A DNA stretch of 63,788 nucleotides, filler included, from Hausera hauseri (taxonomy: Eukaryota), in NCBI GenBank assembly GCA_046269625.1. It is 11 parts of 11 records of this genome, joined end to end, with 100 filler letters (N's around TTAATTAATTAA, not from the genome) between each part and the next. Parts side by side here need not be neighbours in the genome. Positions count along the whole stretch, not along the records: positions 31,768 to 37,984 come from JBJURY010124429.1; positions 38,085 to 43,948 come from JBJURY010177862.1; positions 44,049 to 49,646 come from JBJURY010223521.1; 8 more parts are not named here. One strand, given 5' to 3'. Under the pieces are notes generated by a model that was not told where the DNA came from, ran no database searches, and was given only the letters and a program-made list of their open reading frames with translations. The translations under genes were made by a program, and so were the position numbers. Positions 34,301 through 48,100 of the stretch are shown piece after piece; the stretch's first letter is position 1, and each line of letters starts with the position of its first letter.

Positions 34301-35194
34301 TAAATTTGCGTTGAGATGTATGATAGTACCGTGATGGCTAAGTTAGAAGTCAGAGGAACCAAGGATAGAAAAACTGCGAATCTAAAGGTTGGGGATGTGC
34401 GGGTGTGTTGTATGGAGGGTATATGTGAAGGTTGTTATAAAAAAGAGAATAAAGATGGGAGCAGTGATGGGAGTGGAGGCGTGATTTGTGGCCGACATCG
34501 AAGGTGCCCTCGACCGACAGGCGTAGAGTTGGCAGTCGGGTGCCCGAGTCTCCCCTCAAACGGCGCAATATATTCGGTAAATATGTCAGCTTGTTTAATT
34601 GGTGTTATACGTTTTGTAGTGACAATATTCGATCGTGAAACGATTGAAATGAGCGCATAGGGTCAATGGGTGTCATCTCAGACAAATTGGAGACTCGGAT
34701 CTGCCAACAGCTGTATATTTAGATATATACAAAGAAATTTCGGGCATTATTTAGGCAAATAACTTATAAATATCGCCAATGATAGAAACCTTATGCGGTA
34801 TTACATTGATAATAATTTCGTCTCCCGATCCGCATAGAGAGATTTGAAACGGTTTGTTGTTGAAAGTAATAAGACGAAATCCGATTGGTGGTATCTGAAT
34901 TACTATTTCATCGAGTTTTAAGTGAGAATTTTTGTAATGAAATTTAACGGTACGGACTTTATCATTCATAGACATACAAAGTTGAATAAGATTCAAATAA
35001 CATTTATACTTTTCCCCGTCAAGAGTAATTTTGTTGTCTATTACGTCAGAGTAGAAAAACTTAAACAGACGTGGATTGGTGCCGATACAATGGAAAAATG
35101 GATAATCTGGAATTTCAATTTTCCGTAATTTCTGGAAATCATTTTAACCTCCCTGCACAACCCACAAACCATGTTAATGCCAAGTTTGATTAAT

Positions 35195-35800
35195 CTAGAT
35201 GACCAATGAATTCTTCGGGACTTATAACCAACGGAATAGACGTAATTGCGATTATGGTAATTACCCGAATGAATCTGTTGTTGCAGCAACTGGCCAATAA
35301 ACAACTGAATAAGTGATTCAATTCGTAAATTGAAACTACGATCATCATTTATAACTAAGGCGACTTGTTGGGACTCATTTCGTGAAATGTACACGCGCCT
35401 ATCAACGGTAAGCGAATTCGACGGCAAACCTAGATCTTTATAGGAATGTGCCGGACAATACATAGTTCTATCAGTATAATAAACGCAATTTTGCTGCAGG
35501 GGACAAGGCACATTGAATTTCGACGTACATCAAGAATAAAAACATCTAATATCCGCACCGGATTTGCCATACGACAAACAAATGGTTTTTGCGGCGGACA
35601 CAAATGATTCGGGAGCGTTATTGAATGTACCGCACTGCATTTCAAAAACACTGTTACACCACAATGCACAATTAACATGGAGCCATTTGTTCGTGTCAAA
35701 ACACAACAAACGATCAGCACCGTTTTCCGACAAATAATGGCTTCGTTTACAGAGCGAACAAATTCGATTATCGGCGAGATCGTTCCGCCTTAAGACACAT
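35195..35800 (-). pseudogene. KMT2C/KMT2D (trithorax-related) fragment: extended PHD and start of FYRN; upstream Ser/Lys-rich sequence to ~37140 may belong to it
   Basis: DNRICSLC...GADRLL..DTNKWLHVNCALW..VFE, then MYCPAH...VDRRVYISRNE..QVA and LRIESLI...IGQLLQQQ...VGYKSRRIHWS. Has an in-frame stop and lost Cys/His residues. Confidence 0.85.
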
Positions 35801-37349
35801 TTAGAATTGAAAGAGGGCTTTTTAAATTGATTATCGGAAATAACCAACGAGTGACAAGATGACTGGTCGGTAAGAATTTTGGGGTGGAACGTTAAGTACT
35901 TTTTCATTTTGTAATTTTTTTGCGTTACCGACGCAGTTGCTGTCGCAGTCGCTGATGACGACTTTAATTGCTGCAAATTCAATTTCTATTTTACGAATAA
36001 CTTATCACAAATGACGAAATTACCGGATTTCTTGGACAACTGTTTCGATTTCGACAAGGATCCTTATAAAATCGCCGACATTTCCGATGGTTGTTCCTTA
36101 TCAATGTTTGATTAGTGATCTCTGCTAGTCGGTAGCAGAGCAAATACTATATCCAGAGGTATTGAGGATTGTTCCAACATTTTTGTCGCCGACAATTTAT
36201 CGCGGATATCATTAAAATTAATTATATTCTCCGTTCCTTTTATTAAAACATCTTTATCCTGCACATTTTTGATGTAAATTCTTCGGTGATAACAGAAGAG
36301 TCATCAGACAGATTAACTGTTTCCGGAAACTCTATTTTACTTTGTTCGCAATCCAGAATATTAAAGCTTAAATCACATTTTTCAAGAATTAAAAACGGCT
36401 TTTTGTTTGAGTCAATAATAGAGTTTATTTCATTATCTTCATAGTTGTCTTCGTCTATTTCAGGACGTATAAGCGCCGAACAAATTGGACTATTTTTGGC
36501 TGTAGATATTGAGGATGATTCATTTCTGTTTACAGGCGAATACTTTTATCAGTAGACAAATCCAAATGAAATTTACTGATTTCGAATGACTCTTCCATAA
36601 TTTCCAATGCTGGCTTATTTCTTTTCCATTGCTTACGTTTGGCAGAAACAACAGCCGTTACTTCAATAGAATCTTCATTATCTAGTGAATGTGAATTTTC
36701 TGATGATTCTTTGGTTGAATCTACACTCACAGAAAGTTCGTCCTTGGAACACTCAGTTTTAGACGATCTAATTCTAGTACATCTCTTTTGTGTTAGAATA
36801 ACCGAATCTGAGAAGAATCTTTTACCTTTCGCTTTTTAATGGCGATATTTTGCTGCATATTACTCTTCAATTTATCAAATTGTCACTTGAAGATTCTACG
36901 TTGTTGAATTTATTGCTTTCTGGATGTTCGATTTTTCTGTCTGAATCATTAATCTTTTCAGCATTTAAAATCGTAGATGAAACAGGTTGATAAACATTTG
37001 AATTTTTTCTCTTTTAGCTGATTTATCAGAAATCGATTTAGATAAACTTTTCTTCATTATTCGCTTATCCGTCAAAAGTTTTGGAGATTCCTGAAATTCC
37101 TTCACTGGTTGACGTTCTGAAGAAACCGTCATTTGACATAGATTTTTATCAATTGTGCTAATGAGTTATCTCCATCGGGGACAATCCACATCCAATAAAA
37201 TCCATTTGTCATATATTTTTGCATATTTTTCGGCTTCTGCTTTGAGTTTTTCCAAGTCAAACTGGATATTAATCCGATCTAAATCGTCCAAATCCACTCG
37301 CTTCGACAATTGCTGAATGGTGTATGTTACGTCATGAGGATTTATTCCA

Positions 37350-37984
37350 GTTTCAAAAGTCATATTTCCTACCTGGATGCTAACAACTTGTATGGATGGG
37401 CAATGAGCGCCCCATTGCCATATTATAACTTCAAGTGGGTTGAGCATCCTGAAGACATCCCTATCCTGGACCTGGATCCCACTGGAGATACGGGCTATAT
37501 ATTGGAGGTGGATATGGAATATCCGGCTTCCATCCACACAAGGCACCAACAGCTTTCTTTCCTCCCTGAAACCAAACCACCGCCCCATGGAACGCAGCGA
37601 AAGCTGCTCTGTCATTTGGGTAATAGGGAGAGGTATGTAGTCCACTATATCAATATCCAGCAGGCAGTTAAACATGGACGTCGCATTACTAAGGTCCAAA
37701 GAGCCCTACAGTTCAGACAGTCCATGTGGCTGCAGTCCTACTTTGATCTGAACACCAAGCTGCGGACAAATACCAAAAATGATTTCGAGAAAGATCAATT
37801 TAAGCTGTAGAATAACAGCGTTTTTGCAAGACGATGGAGAATACCTGCAACAGACTCAACATCGAGCTAGTATGTAACTGGAAGCGGGCAAAGAAGCTTA
37901 TTGCCAGGCCTAACTTCTACAGCAGCACCATATATGCTGAGAACTTGGTAGGCATCCATATGCTGAAAACAGCATTAGTATTCA
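37350..37984 (+). mobile_element. Polinton/Maverick-type protein-primed family B DNA polymerase fragment
   Basis: YLDANNLYGWAMS.PLP, GYILEVDMEYP, YVVHY.N.QQA, FEKDQFKL*NNSVF / KTMEN and KKLIARPNF. Contains a stop and a frameshift. Confidence 0.92.
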
Positions 37985-39801
37985 NNNNNNNNNNNNNNNN
38001 NNNNNNNNNNNNNNNNNNNNNNNNNNNNTTAATTAATTAANNNNNNNNNNNNNNNNNNNNNNNNNNNNNNNNNNNNNNNNNNNNTACACAGAAATTATTT
38101 TCTGTTTACAAACTATGTCATATTATCAAAATATTTTCAAAAGCTTTTAGGTTTGCTGCTTGCCGGAATCAGAACCAAGTGTCGTAGGCCCACAGAGGAA
38201 AAGTATACCTAACTTGAATATATATTAAAGAATTGTTGAATGATAAAGATTTTTTGTTATACTAATTGTTTTTAGTAAAACAGTACCTGAGGAAGCAAAA
38301 TGTTAGAGAAATTCATCTAAAATATAAAAATGTAACGTTTTGATTGTAATAATCTAGTATGCTGTGTAAAATCATGTTGAAATATTATTTGGAATTTTTC
38401 GCTGAAAGTTAAAATTGTACCAATTAAAATTTGAGACATGATGGACAAATTGAGCATATCAGAATATAAATTTTAATTACATTCACATTATTTATTATTT
38501 ATTAATACATAGTCTGACAAATAAATTCGGAGACTGTATAATAAATTAATACATTATGTAATTGAAATTAAAATTTGTTCATTGACTTGTATTTTACGCA
38601 CTTAGTTTAATTTTCCCATTTCACCAGTGTTTTAATTTCCTGTAAACGCATAACATTAAAATTACCTTATCTCTGTAAATCTTCTTTCTGGTGTATGAAA
38701 AGAACATTGCTAACGATATACTGAACACAGCGAACCCAAGAAAAATTAATACGCAATGGATCTTCGTAATATTTTGATCGCTTCCATATGATGTTAAATT
38801 TTTATATATCTGAGGGACACATGAGTTCATTTTGTTTCTTAATTAGAGTCGAATATCGATTATTTATATTCATGCTAAACTTGGATGAATTTTACTCTGA
38901 AAAATATTTCATGCAATGATCCAATAAAAACAATATTGAGATTTTATTAGCCATAGTTGCAGGCGAAAAGAAAAACAATTTCATTTCGTCACACAGTCAA
39001 ACAAATTCAGTAATTGTGATTTTTGTAGTTCATATAAAACTGAACTCTCAAAGAAAACTCCAAATTTCAACAAAACAAATTTACTGAACGTTTGCTACAA
39101 CTTTGATACAGTGAAATCAGTATTTGATTCTTGACGGATAAATAGAGTTTTTGCAGCATAATACAACTGTAATGAATAAATTTTGATTTCATTTACATTA
39201 TTATTTAGTCTGAAAATTATGTAAATGAAATTAAAATTTGTTCACATGCTTCGTTTTTATGAAGCTATGCCCAATTTGTACGTAGATTGTTTGAAACATT
39301 GAATTAATTGAAGCGTGGTTTTTAAACATGATGAAAATTTCAGAGAATGACCTTTAAATTTGATAAGTAATATTTTTTGTTTACATATTAAATTGTCGGG
39401 CAGAGCCATCATCGGGTCCTTGTGGAAAAGTCAAATTTTATTCATTTGTCTAAAAAGCTTGGTGGCTTAATTATTTTGCAAAACTCAAACAAAATGCATG
39501 TTATGTATATACACTAGACAAATATTGGCTAAGTTTCTCATAAATTAAGTGCAACGCCATTTAAAAAGAATTTAGGCNNNNNNNNNNNNNNNNNNNNNNN
39601 NNNNNNNNNNNNNNNNNNNNNNNNNNNNNNNNNNNNNNNNNNNNNNNNNNNNNNNNNNNNNNNNNNNNNNNNNNNNNNNNNNNNNNNNNNNNNNNNNNNN
39701 NNNNNNNNNNNNNNNNNNNNNNNNNNNNNNNNNNNNNNNNNNNNNNNNNNNNNNNNNNNNNNNNNNNNNNNNNNNNNNNNNNNNNNNNNNNNNNNNNNNN
39801 N

Positions 39802-42800
39802 CTCTCCCTCTCCCTCTCCCTCTCCCTCTCCCTCTCCCTCTCCCTCTCCCTCTCCCTCTCCCTCTCCCTCTCCCTCTCTTTCTCTCTGTCTGTCTGTCTG
39901 GCTCTGTCTCTGTCCTTGTTTCTGTCCCTGTCTCTGTCTCTGACTCTGTCTCTGTTTCTGTCTCTTTCTTTCAATGTCTCTGTCTCTGACTCTGTCTATC
40001 TATCTATCTCACTGTATCTCTCTCTTTTTCTCTCTCTGTTTCTGTCTCTGTCTTTCTGAAGCTGTCTCTGTTTGTCTCTCTGTCTCCCTGTCTCTCTCTC
40101 GATATCTGTCTCTATCTATATCTGTCTCTGTCTCTGTTTCTCTGTCTCCCTGTATCGCTTTCCCTCTCTCCCACGCTGTATCCTCTCTCTCTGTCTCTTT
40201 GTCTCGCTCACTCTCTTCGTCTCTCCCTCTCTCTGTCGCTCTGTCGCTCTGTCTCTGTCTCTGTCTCTGTCTCCGTCTCCGTCTTTGATTCTGTCGCTCT
40301 CTCTCTCTCTCTCTGTTTTTCTGTCTCTGTCTCTCTACCTGTGTCTCTCTGTCTCTGTCTATGTTTCTGTCATTCTTTGTCGCTCTCTCCCTCGCTCTCT
40401 GTCTCCATGTTCCTCTCTTTTTCTCTGTCTCTCTGTCTCTCTGCCCCTGTCCATGTCTCTGTGTATCTTTGTCTATCTGTTTCTCCCTCTCTCTGTCGCT
40501 ATGTGTCTATCTGTGTGTCTCTGTTTCTCTTTCACTCTCTCTTTCTCCGTCCCTCCGTCTCTCTGTTTCTCTCTGTCTCTCTTTCTCTCTGTCTTTCTCC
40601 GTCTCTCTATATCTGTCCCTGTATGTCACTCTCTGCATCTCTCTATCTGTCTCAGTTTGACTCTCTGTCTCTCTGTCTCTGTCTCTGTCTATCTCTCCAT
40701 CTTTTTGTCTCCGTCTCTCTGTCTCTGTCACTGTCTCTCTTTCTCTCTGTCTAACTTTCTCTCTCTCTGGCTCTCTCTGTCTCTCTCTCTGTCTCTCTGT
40801 CTCTATCCCTATCTCTGTGTCTCACTGTCTCGGTCTCTGTCCCTGTCTATCTATCTCTCTCCCTGTCTCTCTCTCTGTATCTCTCTGTCTCTTTCTGTGT
40901 CTGTCTCTCTGACTCTGTCTCTGTTTGCCTCTCTTTCTCTCTCTCTGTTTCTCTCTCAATCTCTCTCTCTCTCTCTTTGTAGCCATCTCTGTCTCTGTCT
41001 CTGTATATGTCTCTCTGTCTCCCTGTATCGCCGTCTCTCTCTCTCTCTCTTTCTCTCTCTCTCGCTGTCTCTTCTCTCGCTGACTCTTTGTCTCTCTCTC
41101 TCTTCGTCTCTCTCTCTCTGTCGCTCTGTGTAGCTCTGTCTCTGTCTCTGTCTCTGTCTCTCTGTTTCTGCATCTGTTTCTCTTTCTCACTCGCTGTCGC
41201 CCTCGCTCTATGTCTCCATGTCTATCTCTCTCTTTGTCTCTGTCTCTCTGCCCCTGTCTAAGTCTCTGTGTCTCTATATCTATCAGTCTCTCTCTGTCTC
41301 TATGTTTTTATATCTGTCTCTCTGTCTCTTTTNNNNNNNNNNNNNNNNNNNNNNNNNNNNNNNNNNNNNNNNNNNNNNNNNNNNNNNNNNNNNNNNNNNN
41401 NNNNNNNNNNNNNNNNNNNNNNNNNNNNNNNNNNNNNNNNNNNNNNNNNNNNNNNNNNNNNNNNNNNNNNNNNNNNNNNNNNNNNNNNNNNNNNNNNNNN
41501 NNNNNNNTTCCTCTGTCTCTTTCTCCCTTTGTCTCTGTCTCTGTCTATGTCTCTCTTAATCTCTGTCCCTCTCTATCACTGTCTCTGTGTGTGTCTATGA
41601 CTCTGTGTCTCCATGCCTCGCTGTATCTCTCTCTCTCTCTCGCTATCTCCCTCACTCTCTGTCTCTTTCTCTCTTCCTCTCACTCTCTTTGTCTCTCGCT
41701 TTTTGTCTCTCTCTGTCGCTATGTCTCTATCTCTGTCTCTCACTATGTCTCTGTCTCTTTCTCTCTCTCTCACTCGCTGTCTGCCTTTCTCTCTGTTTGT
41801 CTCTGCTCTCTCTGTCTCTTTCTATCTCTCGGTCTCCGTCACTGTTTCTGTTTGTCTCTCTCTGTCTCTCTGTCTCTGTATCCGTTTGTCTCTCTGTCTC
41901 TGTCTCTTCGTCTCTGTCTTTGCCTCTGTTTCTCTGTCTCTCTAACTGTCTCTCTCTTTTTATCTGTACTCTCTCTGTCTCTCTGTCTGCCTCTCTCTGT
42001 CTCTCTCTCTCCGTTTCTGTCTTTTTCTCTGTTTCTTTCTCTTTCTCTGCGTGTGTCTCTGTTTTTTTCTCTCTTTCTCTGCCTGTGTCTCTGTTTTTTT
42101 TTCTCTCTCTCTATATATCTCTCTCTGCGTTTCAGTCTCTGTTTGTCTGTCTCTGACTTTTTCTTTGTTTCCTCTCTCTCTTTCTTTCTATCTCTCTGTA
42201 TGTTCCTGTTTGTCTCACTCTGCCTCTCTGTCTCTGTTCCAATTTCTGCTTGTATCTCTATCTCTCTCTGTCTCTGTCTCTCAGTGTCTCTCTTTTCCTC
42301 TGTTTGTCCCTCTATCGATCTCTATCTGTCTCAGTTTGCCTCTCTGACTTTCTGTCTCTGTCTCTCTCTTTGTCCCTGTCTCTCTGTGTCTCTATCTCTG
42401 TCTCACTCTATCTGTCTCCCTTTCTCTCTTGCTGGCTCTATCTCTCTGTCTGCCTCTGTCTCGGTCTCTGTCTCTGTCTATGTCTCTGCCTCTATCTCTG
42501 TCTTTTGGTCTCTGTCTTTCTGTCTCTGTCTCTGTCACTGTTTCTCTCTCGCTCTCGCTTTCACACTTTATCAATGTCTCCCTCTCTCACTCTCTGTTTG
42601 TATTTATGTCTCTGTCTCTCTGTCTCTCTCTGTTTCTCTTTCTCTTTCTCTCTCTCTTCCTCTCTGTCTTTCTGTCTCTGTCTCTCTGTCTCTGTCTTTG
42701 TTTCTCTCTCTGTCGCTGTCTCCCTCTCTCTATATCTCTATGTCTCGCTCTCTCTTTGTCTCTTTCGCTGTCTCTCTCTCTGTCTGCCTCTCTCTTTGTC

Positions 42801-43871
42801 GCTGTNNNNNNNNNNNNNNNNNNNNNNNNNNNNNNNNNNNNNNNNNNNNNNNNNNNNNNNNNNNNNNNNNNNNNNNNNNNNNNNNNNNNNNNNNNNNNNN
42901 NNNNNNNNNNNNNNNNNNNNNNNNNNNNNNNNNNNNNNNNNNNNNNNNNNNNNNNNNNNNNNNNNCTCTATCTCTGTCTCTGTCGCTCCTTCTCTATGTC
43001 TCTCTGTCTCTCTGCCTCTCTCTCTGTGTCTCTCTGTGTCTCTCTCTCTGTCTTTCTGTCTGTGTCTCTCTATCTCTGTCTCTGTGTCTGTTTGTCTCTG
43101 TCTCTCTCTCTATCTGTTTCTGTTTGTCTCTCTCGCTCTCTCTGTCGCTTTCTCTGTCTCTGTTTGTCTGTCTGCTCTGTCTCTCTCTCTATGTCTTTCT
43201 GTCTCTGTCTCTGTCTCTCTCTGTCACTGTCTCTGTCTCTGTCTGAGTCTCAATCTTAGTCTCTGTCTCTGTCTCCCTGTCTCTCTCTTTTTCTGTCTCT
43301 CTCTCTCTGTATCTGTCTTTGTCTCTGTCTCTGTATGTCTCCCTGCCTCTCTGTCTCTGCCTCTCTGTCTCTGTCTCTGTTTCTCTATCTCTCTCTGTCT
43401 TTGTCTCTGTCTCTCTGTCTCTATGTCTCTCTGTCCCTATCTGTCTGTCTGTCTATTTCTCTGTCTGTCTGTCACTCTCTCTCTCTCTTTTTGTCTCTGT
43501 CTCTCTGTCTCTGTCTCTTTCTCTCTATCTGTCTCTGTCTCTGTCTCTGTTTGTCTCTCTCTGCCTCTTTGTATCTGTGTCTGTTTCTCTCTCCCTCTCT
43601 CTCGATTTCTCCCTCTGTGTGTGTGTCTCTCTCTTTCTTTGCCTCTATCTCTCTGTCTGACTATCTGTGTGTCTCTTTATCTCTCCGGCTCTGTCTCTGT
43701 CTCCCTGTCTCTCTGTCACTCTGTCTCGCTCTCTCACTTTCCCTCACTCTCTCTCTATCTCTCTGTCTTTCTGTCTCTGGCTCCCTCTCTCTGATTGTCT
43801 CTGTGCCTCTCTGTCTCTGTCTGTCTGTCTCTGACTATGTTTCTCTCTCCCCCCCTATCTCTCTCTCGCTG

Positions 43872-43948
<77 letters not shown>
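39802..43948. repeat. Long degenerate (CT)n/(CTCTGT)n/(CTCTCC)n polypyrimidine simple-repeat tract with internal N gaps
   Basis: The + strand is almost entirely C/T with interspersed G. There is a perfect (CTCTCC)n run at 39802-39875 and (CT)n at the right end. Confidence 0.97.
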
Positions 43949-44048
43949 NNNNNNNNNNNNNNNNNNNNNNNNNNNNNNNNNNNNNNNNNNNNTTAATTAA
44001 TTAANNNNNNNNNNNNNNNNNNNNNNNNNNNNNNNNNNNNNNNNNNNN

Positions 44049-45126
44049 AGATGTCATGATGACGACTCAATTAATCCATGGTATTTGGTCACGAGATTTG
44101 GTTAAACAATTAATTTTGGCTAGATCTGAAAACTTTGAAGGAATTCTACAGTTAGCTCAAGATTTAGAAATGACACTCGACAGATATGTCAGACACAACG
44201 ATAGAAACGACAAAAATAATGATCGAAGTGATCGTAACGACAGAAATCGAAATGACAATTGTGGAAGAAAAGATAGGCGATTTACGGGTAACAAAAATTA
44301 TGGGAACCGAAATAATAGCAGTTACAGAAATGGCCGAAGTAATAATTATACTAATACGAACAGATCAGATTTTAACTGGGATAGGACTAGAGGAAATTAT
44401 AAAGGCTCGAACTACTCGAATCAAAACGGCGATAACCGAAATAATGATAATCGACGGAATGCAGACAACGCGCAAAGTTTGTCAAATCAGTATAATAAAA
44501 GTATGAATAGATCTAAGTCACCTGTGAACGAAGACGGTCGACAAAGAGTCGGCAGAAATGGGAATTTAGTCTGTTTTACTTGCGGCAATGAAAGACATAT
44601 ATCAAGATCATGTTCAAACCCACGTAGCGTTTCATTTACCGCGCCAAATAAGATCAGTATGATTAGGATTAATGAAAATTTAGAAACAAAGTATGGTGTT
44701 CGCGGTGATACAGGCACTATAATTAATATACAAGATTTGCGGAAGTTTCTAGATACTCAGACTGAATCCAATAATCCACAAATTTTGATGGCCAGAAAAC
44801 AATACAGAAATAAACTAAGATTACTAGATGTATATCATGGTTTAGCAGAACCGAAAACTGATTACGAACATGCGATAGCACCTAAGCGAATTGACATGAC
44901 ACGAAAAAAGAGTGTTCCGACAAGTAATAAACCATCTGATAAACCAGGCACAACGACAGAAGTCGACTTAGATGCAGCGCCTGAGTTTACGGTTGAAAAA
45001 GTAACTAAGTCTACTGATGACGATACAGCAGAAAAAGAGTTTAAGGAGCCATTAATACTTAAAATTATGAAAAATAGAGGCCGTAGCCCTTCCTTAAAAA
45101 CGAAACGTAGAAGTCGTTCACGCTGA
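44049..45126 (+). mobile_element. Retroelement gag C-terminus (Asn/Arg-rich, CCHC knuckle) with a possible vestigial protease motif
   Basis: QLIHGI...LVKQL...FEGILQLAQDLE (end of capsid), CFTCGNERHISRSC at 44572-44613, and RGDTGTIINI with DTG at 44707-44715. Confidence 0.8.
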
Positions 45127-48100
45127 CAAGTAACTAGAGAGAAAATAGAAGAAACGAAAAATAGGTACACCATTGTAGACAGTGACGTAGAACATAGCAT
45201 AAATACACCACAAATTGATCCATTCACACCTATCGAGGTAAAAGAATCTACAGTGTCAATTAAGGAAATTAACGAAATTTGCCCACTTCCCACTAGTTAG
45301 GAAGAAACGTTAAATGTTGATGATTTTGATCCAAGGAAGTGGAAAGTCCGACGTTAGTGAAAAAACGCCGATGAGTTGAAGAAAATGAGAATTAGATGCT
45401 AGGACCCAGAAATATTACAACGTAACTTGGAAAGGCTTAAGCAAATTAACAAACAAATAGATATATCCGGAAAAAAGCAACAGTTTCCTGAGAGGTTATC
45501 TAAAAGGTTAAAATTATGCAGTGAAGAAAGGCTCAATGAAGCAATCGACTTAGGACAACCTGAGGAGGTATCACCTGAAACGTTATTAAAATGGAAGCAT
45601 GAATTAGACTTATGGATTAAAAGTGGAGTCGAATTTTCGGAAGGATGGAGCAAAAACAATGATAGTGTTGATGTGAAAGTCACTAAGGCTCAGACGCTAC
45701 TGTCTACCTTAGAAACAAACCCAAAACTAAAGAGAGTAGTCCGTAATTTAGAGCGTATGATGGATAAAATTCTCTGGGCAATGATTAATCGGCTTAGAGA
45801 AAAACCGGCTAGCAATCGAAGTAATATCAATTTAAAAATATTGGGTATAGATCCAGTAGATATTCCTCTCTTAATGGAGATGATAAAAATCGCTTTCGCT
45901 GTACCTAAACAATACACGAACCTAGCGAATCGAATCAAAATGGAAAATGAAAAGAGAACACAAATTTATAGTTTGAGAAACCGAATTATGTCTCCAAATA
46001 ACGAAGAAACCAAATACGTAGTAAAAGCTTGTATCATAGAATTTGGTGAATATAAGGATGAATTTAGTTGTCAGCCGGATTATAAATTTTATAAAAGGTC
46101 TAGATGATAAATTGAAGGATGCATATAAGATGCTAGACAAAGCTATATTGGCAAAGCCAATAATCGCTAATCAAGTGTCGGAATGGTCCGGATTAATAAT
46201 GAGGCTAAGAAAATTAGTAGAAGACCGTAAGAAAGAATTTCCAGAAAGCGAACCATCTATAAACAGGCAACTAGAAGAAAATGCACGTGATTTAGATACA
46301 ATACAAGCAGAAATAGACATCCGTACGCAATTCGAAGCTTTACGACGACTAAATTTTATGAAGAAGAAGCAAGAAACGACAATAGTGGAACAGATTTATA
46401 AAATGATCGAAGAAACCAACTTTACAACAAAGCAGAATATGACTTGCGCTTACTGTCCAAGATTAAGAAACATCCAACTAGAAGGAGTCCAACATTTAAC
46501 AGATAAACCTATCGACGAGATTTCAATCCAGGATATCAAAACCCTAGACATTTGTCAAAAACATAGAGCAGCTTTAGCGCCAGCAATAAAATTCTTGCTT
46601 AAACCACAAGAATGGATGGCCGGAACAGATCAAAACTGCCATACCGAGTTAACAAAAATAAGAAACAACCAACATCTTAGTTTCGAGGAATCTAAGTTCG
46701 TAAAGAAATTGCTGGATGCAATGAATGCCGACTCAAAAGTCATAAATGAGATGTATGAGTTAGCCTTCCTATTAGTAGAAATGGCAGAGATTAATGATGA
46801 GAAGATGAGACAACTGATGCCTAAAATAAAACAGATTGAAGAAACGTGCATCAAAACCACACAAAGAGCAACTAGGTTAGACGAATTAGTAAAAGAGCTC
46901 GGAATCTACCGGAACAAGTATGCTTTTACCGAATCAGAAATCAAAAAAGAGCGAGAATTTGTACAAAGATGGCAAATAGATGTAATTATTGAACTAACTG
47001 ATTATCACCAAAGGGGATTCATCAATTCTAATGAATTAGGCGAATTACTGAAAATGATTCAATATGCCTGTGGAAACGGAATAGGTTTCCGAATAACGCA
47101 GATGAAAGAAATGCAACCAAGATTGAAAAAAATTCGAGAAAATGTGCAAAGAACGAATACAGCCTTAGTAGACTATGGACTTCCAGATGTTGGAAATGAA
47201 CAGGAATGGGATGCGTATTTAGATGCCATAACGGCCGAAAATCCCGTCACTCCAGTACAACTAAATGCAATAGAAACGTGTCCGCAGAACAGGAGATTCA
47301 ATGTGGAGATGCTCCTGGATTCAGCGCTAACTGAAAGAGATTTATTTGAACTAATTGACGTAAATATTACTGAAAGTAAGTGAAGACAACTTATTCCGAT
47401 CTTAACTAAATTATCGAGTAAAAATACAATTTATAGCACAATGCCGAAACTTTTGATAAGGAAATACGCTAAAATCTTGAGGGCTAAACTTGAGGTAACG
47501 ATGAAAGTAATGGTATCATCCGAGTGGATGGACGAAAAAGAATGTGAGTTAACTACATATTCCTATGCAATGGACGTAAGAGAATGGTTATTAAATAATG
47601 GCGGAACAAATGAGCTAAATTATAGATTTTACTTTAGAGGTAGAATACTCGACAATTTAGAACAATTAATAGATATAGGGATTATCCCCGACGAAACAAA
47701 TCGAATAGTAGTAATAATAGCCAATGAACAGACAAAAGAAGAAGCCACGCGTAAGGCCAAGACAGAACAATGCGTAGGACAAATCATGGGAGTCCGAGAT
47801 GCTGCAATGTATTTCTACTATTTACAAACGGATGATGGCAAGGAACAATAGGAAAAGAATTTAGTGCCGCTGAGTGAAATGATAGCCAATGTCCCAAGAC
47901 AGAAACGCCCAGTCGGTAGGCCTAAGAAGACACGAGAAGTAGTTTATTACAATGGAGAATTGATTAGAGAGTTGAGACAAATGTCGATTCCTACTTTCTG
48001 CACAGAGTATGAAGAATTAAACAAATTAATGAAGAAATTAATACGTATTGTGAATTATTCAAGTCTTCGAGATGACACATTAGATGATAAAGAAAAAGCA

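Noticed and set aside
39561-44004. Long ORFs of up to 678 aa (Ser/Leu/Cys/Val-rich or Arg/Glu-rich)
   Set aside because: These are translations of a CT/GA microsatellite that lacks stops by composition and spans N gaps.
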